DNA of 64,000 nt, taken from positions 96,001 to 160,000 of the forward strand of contig CAXBQP010000001.1 in the NCBI GenBank assembly GCA_963978095.1, in the 5' to 3' direction. Positions 19,145-29,327 of the stretch are shown piece by piece (the stretch's first letter is position 1; each line of letters begins with the position of its first letter). Under the pieces are notes generated by a model. The model was not told where the DNA came from, did not search any database, and saw only the letters and a list, made by a program, of their open reading frames with translations. The stretch comes from an uncultured bacterium (GTDB lineage: Bacteria > Gemmatimonadota > Gemmatimonadetes > Gemmatimonadales > Gemmatimonadaceae). The position numbers and the translations under genes were made by a program.

Positions 19145-20302
19145 ATGCTTAATGGCGTAAGCGTCAGCATTCCAAGCGCTGACCTGCCACTGACCTTGTC
19201 CGACCGCTGGCTGGCGTGGCGGGACCGGATTCAAGGCAGCGAGCGATTTCAGCGATGGGCCGCGTCGTTCCCCCTGACCCGCCCCATCGCGCTCGCCCGC
19301 TCGCGCGCCCTCTTCGATCTCACCGCTGGGTTCGTCTACACACAGACGCTCACCGCCTGCGTCCAGATCGGACTGTTCGAGTTCCTCGCGGAAAAGCCCC
19401 GGACCTTGGCCGAGGTGGCCAACCACGCCAGCCTCCCGCTTGAGGAGACGGGGCGTCTGCTGCGGGCCGCCATGGCCCTCAAGCTGGTCCAGGAGCGCTC
19501 GCATAAGCGATTCGGCAACGGCCCGCTGGGCGCGCCGATGATCGGGAACACGGCGCTCCACCGGATGATCGAACACAACGCGCTCCTCTACAACGATCTG
19601 CGCAACCCGGTCGAGATGCTCCGGAGCGCCGGCCCGCGCAATCGGCTCGTGCTCGATGCCTTTCCCTACACGAGCGTTGCCAACCCCGAGACCTTCCAGC
19701 GCAGCGTCGTCGAAGAATACTCGCGGCTTATGGCCGACACCGTCGAGCCGATCGCGCGCGAACTCCTCGACACCTACCCGCTGGACGGGGTCACCTCACT
19801 GCTCGACATCGGCGGAGGCGAAGGGTCCTTCTGCGCCGCGGTCGCCGCTCGGTACCTGGACATCAAACTCGGCCTCTTCGACCTCCCCGCCGTCATCGAG
19901 GGGGCCCGGCCTCGACTCGAGAAGCTGGGCGTCGAAGGTCGGGTCACCTGCCATGGCGGGAACTTTCACGCCGATACGCTTCCGCAAGGGCACCAGATCA
20001 TCACCCTGCTGCGCGTGCTGCTGGACCACGACGACACCGCGGTCCTCAAGCTCTTGCAGAAGGTGCGTGGCGCGGTCGCGCGTGGGGGGCGAGTCCTGAT
20101 CGTCGAGCCGTTCGCCGGCGTCCCCGGCGCCGAAGTGGTGGGTGACGTCTATTTCGGCTTCTACCTGCGGGCCATGGGACGCGGGCGGGCGCGGACCATC
20201 GACGAACTCCGCACCCTGCTGTCCGCGGCTGGCTTCTCGTCGGTCCGGGTGGTGAAAACACGCTATCCCGTCTACGCGGGCATGTTGGTGGCGGAGCCCT
20301 AG
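19145..20302 (+). CDS. crtF: Hydroxyneurosporene-O-methyltransferase
   Basis: FQRWAASFPLTR, ALFDLTAGFVYTQ and LLDIGGGEG SAM motif; lies upstream of bchC. Confidence 0.9.
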   Translation: MLNGVSVSIPSADLPLTLSDRWLAWRDRIQGSERFQRWAASFPLTRPIALARSRALFDLTAGFVYTQTLTACVQIGLFEFLAEKPRTLAEVANHASLPLEETGRLLRAAMALKLVQERSHKRFGNGPLGAPMIGNTALHRMIEHNALLYNDLRNPVEMLRSAGPRNRLVLDAFPYTSVANPETFQRSVVEEYSRLMADTVEPIARELLDTYPLDGVTSLLDIGGGEGSFCAAVAARYLDIKLGLFDLPAVIEGARPRLEKLGVEGRVTCHGGNFHADTLPQGHQIITLLRVLLDHDDTAVLKLLQKVRGAVARGGRVLIVEPFAGVPGAEVVGDVYFGFYLRAMGRGRARTIDELRTLLSAAGFSSVRVVKTRYPVYAGMLVAEP

Positions 20303-20373
20303 CCCCGCGCGACTCGCCACCCGCTGATCTCGGCTCTAGCACGCTCCACCAGAACGACGTAGTATTGAATGTC

Positions 20374-20417
20374 TGTCAGCTTTTTGAGACGATTTTTATT
20401 GTAAGCGTTTGTTTACA
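20374..20417 (+). promoter_or_regulatory. Tandem PpsR boxes upstream of bchC
   Basis: TGTCAGCTTTTTGAGACG (1 mismatch) and TGTAAGCGTTTGTTTACA, 8 bp apart, in an AT-rich island. Confidence 0.85.
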
Positions 20418-20440
20418 TCGCTCGCCCATCCAGGAGTGCT

Positions 20441-21388
20441 TTGGAAGCTCTCGCCGTCGTTTTCGATCAACCCGAACACCTGTCACTGCGTCGACTGCCC
20501 CTCACGGCAGCCGCGGAGACGGACGTGGTCGTGCAGGTCGATTACACGAGCATCAGCGCGGGCACGGAGCGCATGTTCTGGCGCGGGCGCATGCCCCCGT
20601 TCCCCGGCTTCGGGTACCCCCTCGTCCCAGGCTACGAGGCGGTCGGTCGCATCATCCAAGCGGGACCGCAGTCGGGACGCCACGAGGGCGAGTTGGTCTT
20701 CGTCCCGGGCTCCAGCGGCTTCGACGGGGTGCGCGGCCTCTTTGGCGCCGCCGCCTCGCGACTCGTCGTCCCGGGACGTCGCGTCATTGCGATCGAAGAT
20801 TCGCTCGGGGAGCGCGCCGTTTTGCTCGCGCTCGCCGCGACCGCGTACCACGGCTTGGCGGGCCCTGCCGCCAAACGGCTTCCGGATCTCATCATCGGCC
20901 ACGGCACCTTCGGTCGCCTCGCCGCGCGATTGTGTCGTGCCCTCGATCCGTCCATCAATCCGGTGGTGTGGGAGCGTGATCCGCGTCGTGCCGCGGGCGC
21001 CGACGGCTATCGCGTCATCAGCGCCGAACAGGATGAGCGGCGTGACTACGCCTGCATCTTCGAGGCCAGCGGAGACGCCAGCCTCATGGAACCCATGATC
21101 GGCCGCCTGCGCCGAAACGGGGAGATCGTCCTCGCCGGCTTCTACTGCGATCCGATCACGTTCGGATTCCTGTCGGCCTTTCACAAAGAGATCGAGATGC
21201 GGATCACGGCCGAGTGGGGAGCGAACGACCTGCAAGCGGTCACCCAACTCCTCAAGGACGGCCGCCTCTCCTTCGAAGGGCTCATCACCCATCAGCGTGA
21301 TGCGCAACAGGCCACCGAAGCGTACGGGATGGCCTTTGACGATCCGAACTGCATCAAGATGATCCTCGACTGGAGGCAGTCCGCGTGA
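20441..21388 (+). CDS. bchC: 3-hydroxyethyl bacteriochlorophyllide a dehydrogenase
   Basis: ISAGTERMFWRGRMPPFPG.GYPLVPGYE motif; TTG start after AGGAG. Confidence 0.95.
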   Translation: MEALAVVFDQPEHLSLRRLPLTAAAETDVVVQVDYTSISAGTERMFWRGRMPPFPGFGYPLVPGYEAVGRIIQAGPQSGRHEGELVFVPGSSGFDGVRGLFGAAASRLVVPGRRVIAIEDSLGERAVLLALAATAYHGLAGPAAKRLPDLIIGHGTFGRLAARLCRALDPSINPVVWERDPRRAAGADGYRVISAEQDERRDYACIFEASGDASLMEPMIGRLRRNGEIVLAGFYCDPITFGFLSAFHKEIEMRITAEWGANDLQAVTQLLKDGRLSFEGLITHQRDAQQATEAYGMAFDDPNCIKMILDWRQSA

Positions 21389-22401
21389 GCCAGAAGAACC
21401 CCGCTGGACCGGAAGCGCTGGTGCAGCTCCACCGGAACATGCGCGCCGAAGCGGCGAGCGAGCCGCGGGCGGTCCACACCTCGCCGGCAACGAAAGAAAC
21501 ACAGATCATCGCCATCTACGGAAAAGGCGGGATCGGCAAGAGCTTCACGCTCGCCAATCTCTCGTACATGATGGCGCAGCAGGGGAAGAAGGTCCTCCTC
21601 ATCGGCTGCGATCCCAAGAGCGACACGACCTCGTTGCTCTTCGGCGGACGCGCCTGCCCCACGATCATCGAGACCTCGAGCAAGAAGAAACTCGCGGGTG
21701 AAGAAGTCTCGATCGGTGATGTCTGCTTCAAGCGCGACGGCGTGTTCGCCATGGAGCTCGGCGGCCCGGAAGTCGGACGCGGGTGTGGCGGACGCGGCAT
21801 CATCCACGGCTTCGAACTGCTCGAGAAGCTGGGCTTCCACGAGTGGGGCTTCGACTACGTACTCCTCGACTTCCTGGGCGACGTCGTCTGCGGCGGATTC
21901 GGCTTGCCGATCGCGCGCGACATGTGCCAGAAGGTCATCGTCGTCGGATCCAACGACCTGCAGTCGCTGTACGTCGCGAACAACGTGTGCTCTGCGGTCG
22001 AATATTTCCGCAAGCTCGGTGGCAACGTCGGCGTGGCCGGCATGGTCATCAACAAGGACGACGGCACCGGCGAGGCGGCCGCCTTCGCCGAGAGGGTGGG
22101 CATCCCGGTGCTCAGCGCGATCCCGGCGCACGAGGACATCCGTCGCAAGAGCGCGAACTACGAGATCATCGGCAAGCCCGGAACGATGTGGGCGCCGGTG
22201 TTCGAGACGTTGGCGCGCAACGTCGCCGACGCCCCTCCGGTGCGCCCCAGACCGCTCGCCCAGGACGATCTGCTCGGACTCTTCGCCGGCGACGTCGTCG
22301 GGCGCCATGTCATTTTGACGCCGGCCACGACCTTCGACATGGTCGGGCGCAATGATGTCGCGAAGCCCACGCTCGAAGTCGTCTACGACGCGGCGGTCTG
22401 A
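21385..22401 (+). CDS. bchX: Chlorophyllide a reductase iron protein X
   Basis: [22 protein letters not shown] and [11 protein letters not shown] motifs. Confidence 0.97.
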   Translation: MSQKNPAGPEALVQLHRNMRAEAASEPRAVHTSPATKETQIIAIYGKGGIGKSFTLANLSYMMAQQGKKVLLIGCDPKSDTTSLLFGGRACPTIIETSSKKKLAGEEVSIGDVCFKRDGVFAMELGGPEVGRGCGGRGIIHGFELLEKLGFHEWGFDYVLLDFLGDVVCGGFGLPIARDMCQKVIVVGSNDLQSLYVANNVCSAVEYFRKLGGNVGVAGMVINKDDGTGEAAAFAERVGIPVLSAIPAHEDIRRKSANYEIIGKPGTMWAPVFETLARNVADAPPVRPRPLAQDDLLGLFAGDVVGRHVILTPATTFDMVGRNDVAKPTLEVVYDAAV

Positions 22402-22403
22402 AC

Positions 22404-23936
22404 GTGGCGTCCTCTTCCCTTCCCATTCTCGGTCAGGACCCGACACTCGCGGTCGGGACCGACGGCCGGGGGTGCCACGCCGGCGCCGCCGAGCTGCACG
22501 CGGCGGCGAAGGCCGCGGGGAAGAGTGACACACTGCACCAGTACGCCAAGGACTACCCCAAGGGGCCGCACGATCAGCCCCAATCGATGTGCCCGGCCTT
22601 CGGCTCCTTGCGGGTGGGACTCCGCATGCGGCGCACCGCGACCGTCCTCAGCGGATCGGCCTGCTGCGTGTACGGCCTGACCTTCACCTCGCATTTCTAC
22701 GGGGCGCGACGCACCGTGGGATACGTCCCCTTCAACTCCGAGACTTTGGTCACCGGCAAGTTGTTCGAGGATATCCGCGAGGCGGTGTACAAGCTCGCCG
22801 ACCCGGCGGACTACGACGCCATCGTGATCACGAACCTCTGCGTGCCGACCGCCAGCGGCGTACCGCTCCAGTTGCTCCCCAAGGAGATCAACGGCGTACG
22901 CATCATCGGCATCGACGTGCCGGGATTCGGCGTGCCGACGCACGCCGAGGCCAAGGACGTGCTGGCCGGCGCGATGCTCAAGTACGCCAGAACGGAAGCG
23001 GAACTCGGTCCGGTCGCTGCGCCGCGCGGCGGCAAGTCCCAGAAGCCCACGATCACGCTCTTGGGTGAGATGTTCCCCGCGGACCCGGTCGGCATCGGCA
23101 TGATGCTTGAACCGCTCGGGCTCGCGGCCGGCCCGGTCGTCCCGACGCGCGAGTGGCGTGAGCTGTATGCGGCCCTGGACTGCGCGGCGGTCGCCGCGAT
23201 TCATCCGTTCTACGCCGCGAGTATTCGTGAGTTCCAGGGCGCGGGACGCCGCGTGGTGGGCTCTGCGCCGGTCGGACACGAAGGCACGGATGCATGGTTG
23301 CAGTCGATCGGCAACGCCGCCGGGGTTCCCCAACGGCAGGTGGACGCCGCCCGGAATCGGTTCTTGCCCGCCATCAAAGCCGCCCTCACGGCGACGCCGA
23401 TTCGCGGCCGCATCACGATGAGCGGCTACGAAGGCTCGGAGTTGTTGGTCGCGCGCCTCTTGGTGGAAAGTGGCGCCGACGTCCGCTACGTGGGCACCGC
23501 GACTCCACGCGCGGAGTGGAGCGACACGGATCGCGCGTGGCTCGAGGCGAACGGCGTGCATGTCCAGTTCCGGGCGTCGCTCGAGCAGGACCTCGCGGCG
23601 ATGCACGAGTTTTCGCCCGACTTGGCGATCGGGACCACGCCGGTGGTGCAGGCCGCCAAAGAGCGCTCCATTCCTGCGCTCTACTTCACCAATCTCATCT
23701 CGGCACGTCCGCTGATGGGCCCGGCAGGCGCTGGCTCGCTGGCCACGGTCATTAACGCCGCGATGGCGAACAAGTCGCGATTCCAGGAGATGAAGGCGTT
23801 CTTCGGCGACGTCGGTGAAGGTGCGAGTGCCGGGATCTGGGAGGATGTGCCGACCCCTCACCCGGAGTTCCGCGAGCACTACAAGCGGCATCTCAGCAAG
23901 GCCGCCAAGAAGCGGAAAGCCGAGGAGATGGTCTGA
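22404..23936 (+). CDS. bchY: Chlorophyllide a reductase subunit Y
   Basis: [24 protein letters not shown] and [10 protein letters not shown] motifs. Confidence 0.97.
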   Translation: MASSSLPILGQDPTLAVGTDGRGCHAGAAELHAAAKAAGKSDTLHQYAKDYPKGPHDQPQSMCPAFGSLRVGLRMRRTATVLSGSACCVYGLTFTSHFYGARRTVGYVPFNSETLVTGKLFEDIREAVYKLADPADYDAIVITNLCVPTASGVPLQLLPKEINGVRIIGIDVPGFGVPTHAEAKDVLAGAMLKYARTEAELGPVAAPRGGKSQKPTITLLGEMFPADPVGIGMMLEPLGLAAGPVVPTREWRELYAALDCAAVAAIHPFYAASIREFQGAGRRVVGSAPVGHEGTDAWLQSIGNAAGVPQRQVDAARNRFLPAIKAALTATPIRGRITMSGYEGSELLVARLLVESGADVRYVGTATPRAEWSDTDRAWLEANGVHVQFRASLEQDLAAMHEFSPDLAIGTTPVVQAAKERSIPALYFTNLISARPLMGPAGAGSLATVINAAMANKSRFQEMKAFFGDVGEGASAGIWEDVPTPHPEFREHYKRHLSKAAKKRKAEEMV

Positions 23937-23988
23937 TGTCGCATCGCCACGGACGCGCTCTCACCCACCTCATCAGCGGAGGTCCCGG

Positions 23989-25443
23989 ATGCTAGTCCTG
24001 GATCACGACCGCGCGGGTGGGTACTGGGGCGCCGTGTACGTCTTCACGGCCATCAAGGGGCTCCAGGTGGTGATCGACGGCCCCGTGGGCTGCGAGAACC
24101 TCCCGGTGACCTCGGTGTTGCACTACACCGACGGTCTGCCGCCCCATGAGTTGCCGATCGTCGTCACCGGTCTTGGCGAGGAACAGCTCGGCCGCGAAGG
24201 GACCGAAGGATCGATGAAGCGCGCCCACGCGGTACTCGACCCCGAGTTGCCGGCGGTCGTCGTCACCGGATCCATCGCCGAAATGATCGGTGGCGGCGTG
24301 ACGCCCGAGGGGACCAACATCCAGCGGTTCCTCCCGCGCACGATCGACGAAGACCAGTGGCAGTGTGCCAATCGGGCGATGTACTGGCTGTGGACCGAGT
24401 ACGGCCTCAAGCGCGGCCAGGCGCCGGAGCGCGAGGCCAAGAAGCCGGGCGACAAGCCGCGGGTGAACATCATCGGCCCCGCGTACGGAACCTTCAACGT
24501 GCCCAGTGACCTGGCCGAGATCCGCCGCTTGGTCGAGGGGATCGGCGCCGAGGTCAATCTGGTCTTCCCGCTCACCAGTCACTTGGCCGACGTGCCGAAG
24601 CTGGTGAACGCCGACGTGAACATCTGCATGTACCGCGAGTTCGGTCGCATGCTGTGTGAAGCGCTCGACCGTCCGTACCTGCAGGCGCCGATCGGCCTCC
24701 ACAGCACGACCAAGTTCCTGCGCGCACTCGGCGAGTTGCTCGGTCTCGATCCGGAGCCGTTCATCGAGAAGGAGAAGCACACCACCATCAAACCGGTGTG
24801 GGACCTGTGGCGCTCGGTGACGCAGGACTTCTTCGGTACCGCCACGTTCGCCATCGTCGCGAACGAGACCTATGCCCGTGGCGTGCGGAACTTTCTCGAG
24901 GTGGAACTCGGACTCCCCTGCACCTTCAGCGTGTCACGAAAGCCCGGGCAGAAGACCGACAACGACGCGGTACGCACGCTCGTGAAGGAGAAGCCGCCGC
25001 TGATCCTGTTCGGGTCGTACAATGAACGGATGTACCTGGCGGAAGCCGGCGGTCGCGGGATGTACATCCCGGCGTCGTTCCCTGGCGCGATCATCCGGCG
25101 CCATACCGGCACGCCGTTCATGGGCTACTCCGGCGCCACGTATCTGGTGCAGGAAGTGTGCAATGCGCTGTTCGACGCGCTCTTCCACATCCTGCCGCTC
25201 GGCACCGAACTCGACAAGGTGGATGCGACGCCGTCGCGCCTGCACCGCGAGATGCCCTGGGCGGATGATGCGAAAGTGACGCTGGACGAGATGGTGGACG
25301 GGCAGCCGGTACTCATTCGCATTTCCGTCGCGAAGCGCCTGCGCGACGCGGCGGAGAGTGACGCGCGGGAACTCGGCGACACCGTCGTGACCCGCGATCA
25401 TGTCCTGGCCTCACGGCGTGCGCTGGTGGGAACCAATGGCTGA
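23989..25443 (+). CDS. bchZ: Chlorophyllide a reductase subunit Z
   Basis: [17 protein letters not shown] and GPVGCENLP motifs; GGAGG SD upstream. Confidence 0.97.
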   Translation: MLVLDHDRAGGYWGAVYVFTAIKGLQVVIDGPVGCENLPVTSVLHYTDGLPPHELPIVVTGLGEEQLGREGTEGSMKRAHAVLDPELPAVVVTGSIAEMIGGGVTPEGTNIQRFLPRTIDEDQWQCANRAMYWLWTEYGLKRGQAPEREAKKPGDKPRVNIIGPAYGTFNVPSDLAEIRRLVEGIGAEVNLVFPLTSHLADVPKLVNADVNICMYREFGRMLCEALDRPYLQAPIGLHSTTKFLRALGELLGLDPEPFIEKEKHTTIKPVWDLWRSVTQDFFGTATFAIVANETYARGVRNFLEVELGLPCTFSVSRKPGQKTDNDAVRTLVKEKPPLILFGSYNERMYLAEAGGRGMYIPASFPGAIIRRHTGTPFMGYSGATYLVQEVCNALFDALFHILPLGTELDKVDATPSRLHREMPWADDAKVTLDEMVDGQPVLIRISVAKRLRDAAESDARELGDTVVTRDHVLASRRALVGTNG

Positions 25444-26316
25444 GCGTCCGCTCCGCGTCAACGCCTCCCGGACCGCCGTGACGGCGACCATCGGCAACTC
25501 CTCGTGCAGGAGATGCCCCGCGTCCGGCACGACCGTCAGCGCCGCGCTGGGGATCCGTGACACCGCGGTGCGAATCGCCGCCAGCGGGATATATCCGTCC
25601 TGCGATCCGTGGAGCAGCGTGAGCGGAACGGCGAGCGTCGGCACGTCACGCAACAACGCCGGCAACTCGAAGTTCGCCATCATGACGAGTGCCGCGCGCA
25701 CATGGGGCTCGGAGCGCATGAATCGCTCGTACCAGGAGAGCGCGATGGCATCCACCCGTGAACCCGTCGCTGTCAGCAGGATGCGTGCGATGCCGGGGAC
25801 TCGCGCCAGCGACGTTGCCGTCCGGGCCGCCAGCGGCGACGTGATGAGCGGATTCACGATCGGTGCGGCGATCGTCAGGTACGATGCGTGCGGAGGCACG
25901 AGCGACGCACCGAAACCAACGAGCTCGCGCGCGCCGGGCAGCATCCCGTCGAGGGCCATGCGCAGCATGACCGCCGCACCAGCCGAATGGCCCGCGACAA
26001 CCACTGGCTCGAGCTGCAGGGTATCGAGCAGCGCGCGCACGGCATGGACCATCCCCGGTAATGACAGCGCGTCCTCGCTCGCCACGGTGAAGCCGTGTCC
26101 CGGAAGATCCGGCGCCACCACCGTGGCCGACGGCGCGAGCGCCGGCAGCACCTGCCGCCAGGTATGGGTCGCGGCCGCGGTCCCGTGCAAGAGCAGGACG
26201 ACAGGTCCCGTGCCCGTGATCTGGACGTGGAAATCGATGCCCGCCGCCCGGACGATGCGACTCGCGTCGACGTTCGGCAGGTCGGTGGGAATGGAAGCAG
26301 GGCGCGCGGTCGGCAT
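25411..26316 (-). CDS. bchO: Alpha/beta hydrolase, magnesium chelatase accessory protein
   Basis: [28 protein letters not shown] and GHLLHEE motifs within a PGC. Confidence 0.85.
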   Translation of the reverse strand: MPTARPASIPTDLPNVDASRIVRAAGIDFHVQITGTGPVVLLLHGTAAATHTWRQVLPALAPSATVVAPDLPGHGFTVASEDALSLPGMVHAVRALLDTLQLEPVVVAGHSAGAAVMLRMALDGMLPGARELVGFGASLVPPHASYLTIAAPIVNPLITSPLAARTATSLARVPGIARILLTATGSRVDAIALSWYERFMRSEPHVRAALVMMANFELPALLRDVPTLAVPLTLLHGSQDGYIPLAAIRTAVSRIPSAALTVVPDAGHLLHEELPMVAVTAVREALTRSGRSAIGSHQRTP

Positions 26317-26466
26317 TGGAGGTCGCGTGTCGGGCGGGATGAGGAATAGTACACCGTCGTCGCGTTTCCGGGTGCAAGCGACGACGAACCATCGGCACCC
26401 CGGGAGTGTTGCACTCCCCCCTGTCCGCGAGGGCGCGTTCGCGGAATCACTTTGCTCGGAGGAGCT

Positions 26467-26601
26467 ATGTCGCAGAACAACGGTATGACGGAAGAGGACG
26501 CAAAAGCGTTCCACGGCTACTTCATCATGATGATGAGCGTGTTCGTGGGTACGGCGATTGCGGCGCATCTGCTGATGTGGAGCTGGCGGCCCTGGTTCTG
26601 A
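26467..26601 (+). CDS. pufB: Light-harvesting beta polypeptide (44 aa; not in ORF track)
   Basis: Hand translation MSQNNGMTEEDAKAFHGYFIMMMSVFVGTAIAAHLLMWSWRPWF with His16, His34 and WRPW; GGAGGAG SD. Confidence 0.95.
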   Translation: MSQNNGMTEEDAKAFHGYFIMMMSVFVGTAIAAHLLMWSWRPWF

Positions 26602-26640
26602 TCGCCACTTCATCAATCACCTGAGACCTGAGGTTTCATT

Positions 26641-26805
26641 ATGCATCGAATTTGGGTTGGACTCGACCCGCGCGTGGTCCTGTCCTGCGTCGGATCATTC
26701 CTGACGATCACGGTTCTCGTGATGCACCTGTTTGCATTCAAGGCGCTGAACTGGCCGGGATCGATTTCGCAGAAGTATCCGGCTTACCACGCGCAGGCCA
26801 AGTAA
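26641..26805 (+). CDS. pufA: Light-harvesting alpha polypeptide, probable outer-ring (LHh) type (54 aa; not in ORF track)
   Basis: Hand translation MHRIWVGLDPRVVLSCVGSFLTITVLVMHLFAFKALNWPGSISQKYPAYHAQAK; His29, Trp at +9; GAGG SD. Confidence 0.9.
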   Translation: MHRIWVGLDPRVVLSCVGSFLTITVLVMHLFAFKALNWPGSISQKYPAYHAQAK

Positions 26806-26906
26806 GCCGACCGTGACGCGATGGAACTTGGAGAGAGTCTCGGGGGGTCCGAGACGGGCCACCCGGCCTCTCCGGTTCCTCCGCCAAACAATCAGAGGAG
26901 ACAAGC

Positions 26907-27122
26907 ATGCATCGCATTTGGCTGGCCTTTGACCCGCGCAGGGTTCTGATCGCGCTGTTCGGGTTCCTCGGAGTGCTGGCGTTCCTGATCCACTTCATCC
27001 TGCTCAGCTCGAGCCGGTACTCGTGGATCGAGAATGGGACTCTCACGCCGGAGCAGCTCAAGCCGGCGGCGAGCGCTCCAGCAGCGACGGCCGAAATGGC
27101 CCCGTTGCCGCCCGGGCGGTAA
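26907..27122 (+). CDS. pufA: LH1 alpha polypeptide with C-terminal extension (inner ring type)
   Basis: [14 protein letters not shown]...[13 protein letters not shown]; His29, Trp at +11; tail ending [17 protein letters not shown]. Confidence 0.95.
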   Translation: MHRIWLAFDPRRVLIALFGFLGVLAFLIHFILLSSSRYSWIENGTLTPEQLKPAASAPAATAEMAPLPPGR

Positions 27123-27134
27123 GTGGTCGTATGT

Positions 27135-27192
27135 GACTGACGGAGGGACGGCGTACGTGGTGGTGCCGCCGTTCGCCTTCCCTCCGTCGGTC
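27135..27192 (+). promoter_or_regulatory. pufA-pufL intercistronic stem-loop
   Basis: GACTGACGGAGGGA pairs with TCCCTCCGTCGGTC (one G-U); inner CGGCG/CGCCG. Confidence 0.65.
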
Positions 27193-27248
27193 CCGCTCTA
27201 CCTCCACCGCGCAGTGCAGGCGGGGATCCGACTTTCGGAGACTGACTC

Positions 27249-28073
27249 ATGGCAATGCTAAGTTTCGAGAAGAAGTACCGGGTACGCGGGGGCACGCTGA
27301 TCGGAGGCGACCTGTTCGATTTCTGGTTCGGGCCGTTCTACGTCGGCTTCTTCGGCGTCACTGCCGTCTTCTTCATCACACTTGGGACCCTACTCTGCGT
27401 CTATGCCGCCGCAATCGGCCCGACGTGGAACATCTGGCAGATCAACATCGCACCGCCCGACCTGAAATACGGTCTGGGGTTCGCGCCGCTCAAGGAGGGT
27501 GGGCTCTGGCAGCTCATCACCCTCTGCGCGACTGGCGCGTTCGTCAGCTGGGCGCTGCGGCAGGCGGAGATCGCGCGCAAGCTGGGCATGGGCATGCACA
27601 TCCCGTGGGCCTACGGCGTCGCGGTATTCGCCTACGTCACACTTGTCATCATTCGTCCGGTTCTCCTGGGCGCGTGGGGACACGGGTTCCCGTACGGCAT
27701 CTTCAGTCATCTCGACTGGGTGTCGAATGTCGGGTATCAGTATCTCCATTTCCATTACAACCCGGCTCACATGCTGGGCGTGACTTTCTTCTTCACCACG
27801 TGCCTCGCGCTCGCGATGCACGGGTCACTCATCCTGTCGGTGACCAACCCGCCGAAGGGTGAACCGGTGAAGACCAGTGAGCACGAAAACGTGTTCTTCC
27901 GCGACTTGGTCGGATACTCGATCGGCGCGATCGGCATCCACCGCCTCGGTCTCTTCCTGGCGCTGTCTGCCGGCATCTGGAGCGCGATCTGCATCGTGAT
28001 CTCCGGGCCGCTGTGGACCAAGGGATGGCCGGAATGGTGGTCCTGGTGGCTCAACCTTCCCATCTGGCGCTAA
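27249..28073 (+). CDS. pufL: Photosynthetic reaction center L subunit
   Basis: [30 protein letters not shown] and GIHRLG motifs. Confidence 0.99.
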   Translation: MAMLSFEKKYRVRGGTLIGGDLFDFWFGPFYVGFFGVTAVFFITLGTLLCVYAAAIGPTWNIWQINIAPPDLKYGLGFAPLKEGGLWQLITLCATGAFVSWALRQAEIARKLGMGMHIPWAYGVAVFAYVTLVIIRPVLLGAWGHGFPYGIFSHLDWVSNVGYQYLHFHYNPAHMLGVTFFFTTCLALAMHGSLILSVTNPPKGEPVKTSEHENVFFRDLVGYSIGAIGIHRLGLFLALSAGIWSAICIVISGPLWTKGWPEWWSWWLNLPIWR

Positions 28074-28085
28074 GGGGACTGACCC

Positions 28086-29327
28086 ATGCTTGAATACCAG
28101 AACCTCTTTACCCGCGTCCAGGTTCGGACGGCGCCCGACCCGGGCTTGCCCATCGACGAAGGCCTTGGCATGCGCCTCGGCAAGGGCGGTTACGGCGTGC
28201 TCGGCTATTGGCTCGGCAAGCTCGGCGACGCCCAGCTTGGCCCGATCTATCTCGGCCTCGAAGGAGCCGCCTCGCTGTTCTTCGGCTTTCTTGCCATCGA
28301 GATCATCGGACTGAACATGTGGCGCTCCGTGGGGTGGAGCCCCGTCCAGTTCGTCCGCCAGCTGCCCTGGCTCGCCCTCGAGCCGCCATCGCCGGAGTAC
28401 GGCCTGCATATTCCACCGCTCGACAAAGGCGGGTGGTATCTCATTGCCGGCTTCTTCCTGACCGCGGCCATCTTCTTGTGGTGGATGCGCACCTACAAGC
28501 GCGCCAAGGCCCTGAAGATGGGGATGCATCTCTGCTGGGCGTTCGGTTCGGCCATCTTCCTGTACATGGCCTTCTTCCTGCAGCCTGTCCTCGTCGGGTC
28601 GTACAGCGAGATGGTCCCATTCGGGCTCTTCCCCCATCTGGACTGGACGTCGGCCTTCTCGATCCGCTACGGGAACCTGTATTACAATCCGTTTCACGCG
28701 CTGTCGATCGTCTTCCTGTATGGATCGGCGCTGCTGTGGGCGATGCACGGCGCCACCATTCTGGCGGTCAGTCGCTACGGCGGTGAACGCGAGATCGAGC
28801 AGATCACGGATCGTGGTACAGCCGCGGAGCGCTCACAGCTGTTCTGGCGCTGGTGCATGGGGTGGAACGCCACCATGGAATCGATTCACCGTTGGGCGTG
28901 GTGGTTCGCCGTGCTGACCACCTTCACGGGAGGGATTGGCATCCTGCTGACGGGAACGGTCGTTGACAACTGGTATCTCTGGGCCGTCAAGCATCATGTC
29001 GCACCCGAGTATCCCAAGCAGAACACGCTCAGTGCACAGGAACTCGAACGCCTCCGCGGACGGTACGCCGGACGCATGAAGGGCGGGTATCCCAGCTACA
29101 CTGTTCCGCAGACGGCGACCCCGATGGATGCACCGGCCGCACCAGGCACGCCGTCCGTCGTCGGCGCGCCGACCGCATCGCCGAACGCATCGCCGAGCAT
29201 CGCGACACCAGCGGCAGCACCAGCCGCTGCGGCTCCTGCCGCGCAGTTGCCGGCATCGAAGCCTGCCGGCGGCGCTCCTGCTCCGAACCCCGCAGCGCCG
29301 GCGACACCGGCCGGGAGGAAGCCGTGA
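28086..29327 (+). CDS. pufM: Photosynthetic reaction center M subunit with long C-terminal extension
   Basis: [21 protein letters not shown] and [11 protein letters not shown] motifs; about 100 aa extra tail, distally Ala/Pro-rich. Confidence 0.99.
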   Translation: MLEYQNLFTRVQVRTAPDPGLPIDEGLGMRLGKGGYGVLGYWLGKLGDAQLGPIYLGLEGAASLFFGFLAIEIIGLNMWRSVGWSPVQFVRQLPWLALEPPSPEYGLHIPPLDKGGWYLIAGFFLTAAIFLWWMRTYKRAKALKMGMHLCWAFGSAIFLYMAFFLQPVLVGSYSEMVPFGLFPHLDWTSAFSIRYGNLYYNPFHALSIVFLYGSALLWAMHGATILAVSRYGGEREIEQITDRGTAAERSQLFWRWCMGWNATMESIHRWAWWFAVLTTFTGGIGILLTGTVVDNWYLWAVKHHVAPEYPKQNTLSAQELERLRGRYAGRMKGGYPSYTVPQTATPMDAPAAPGTPSVVGAPTASPNASPSIATPAAAPAAAAPAAQLPASKPAGGAPAPNPAAPATPAGRKP

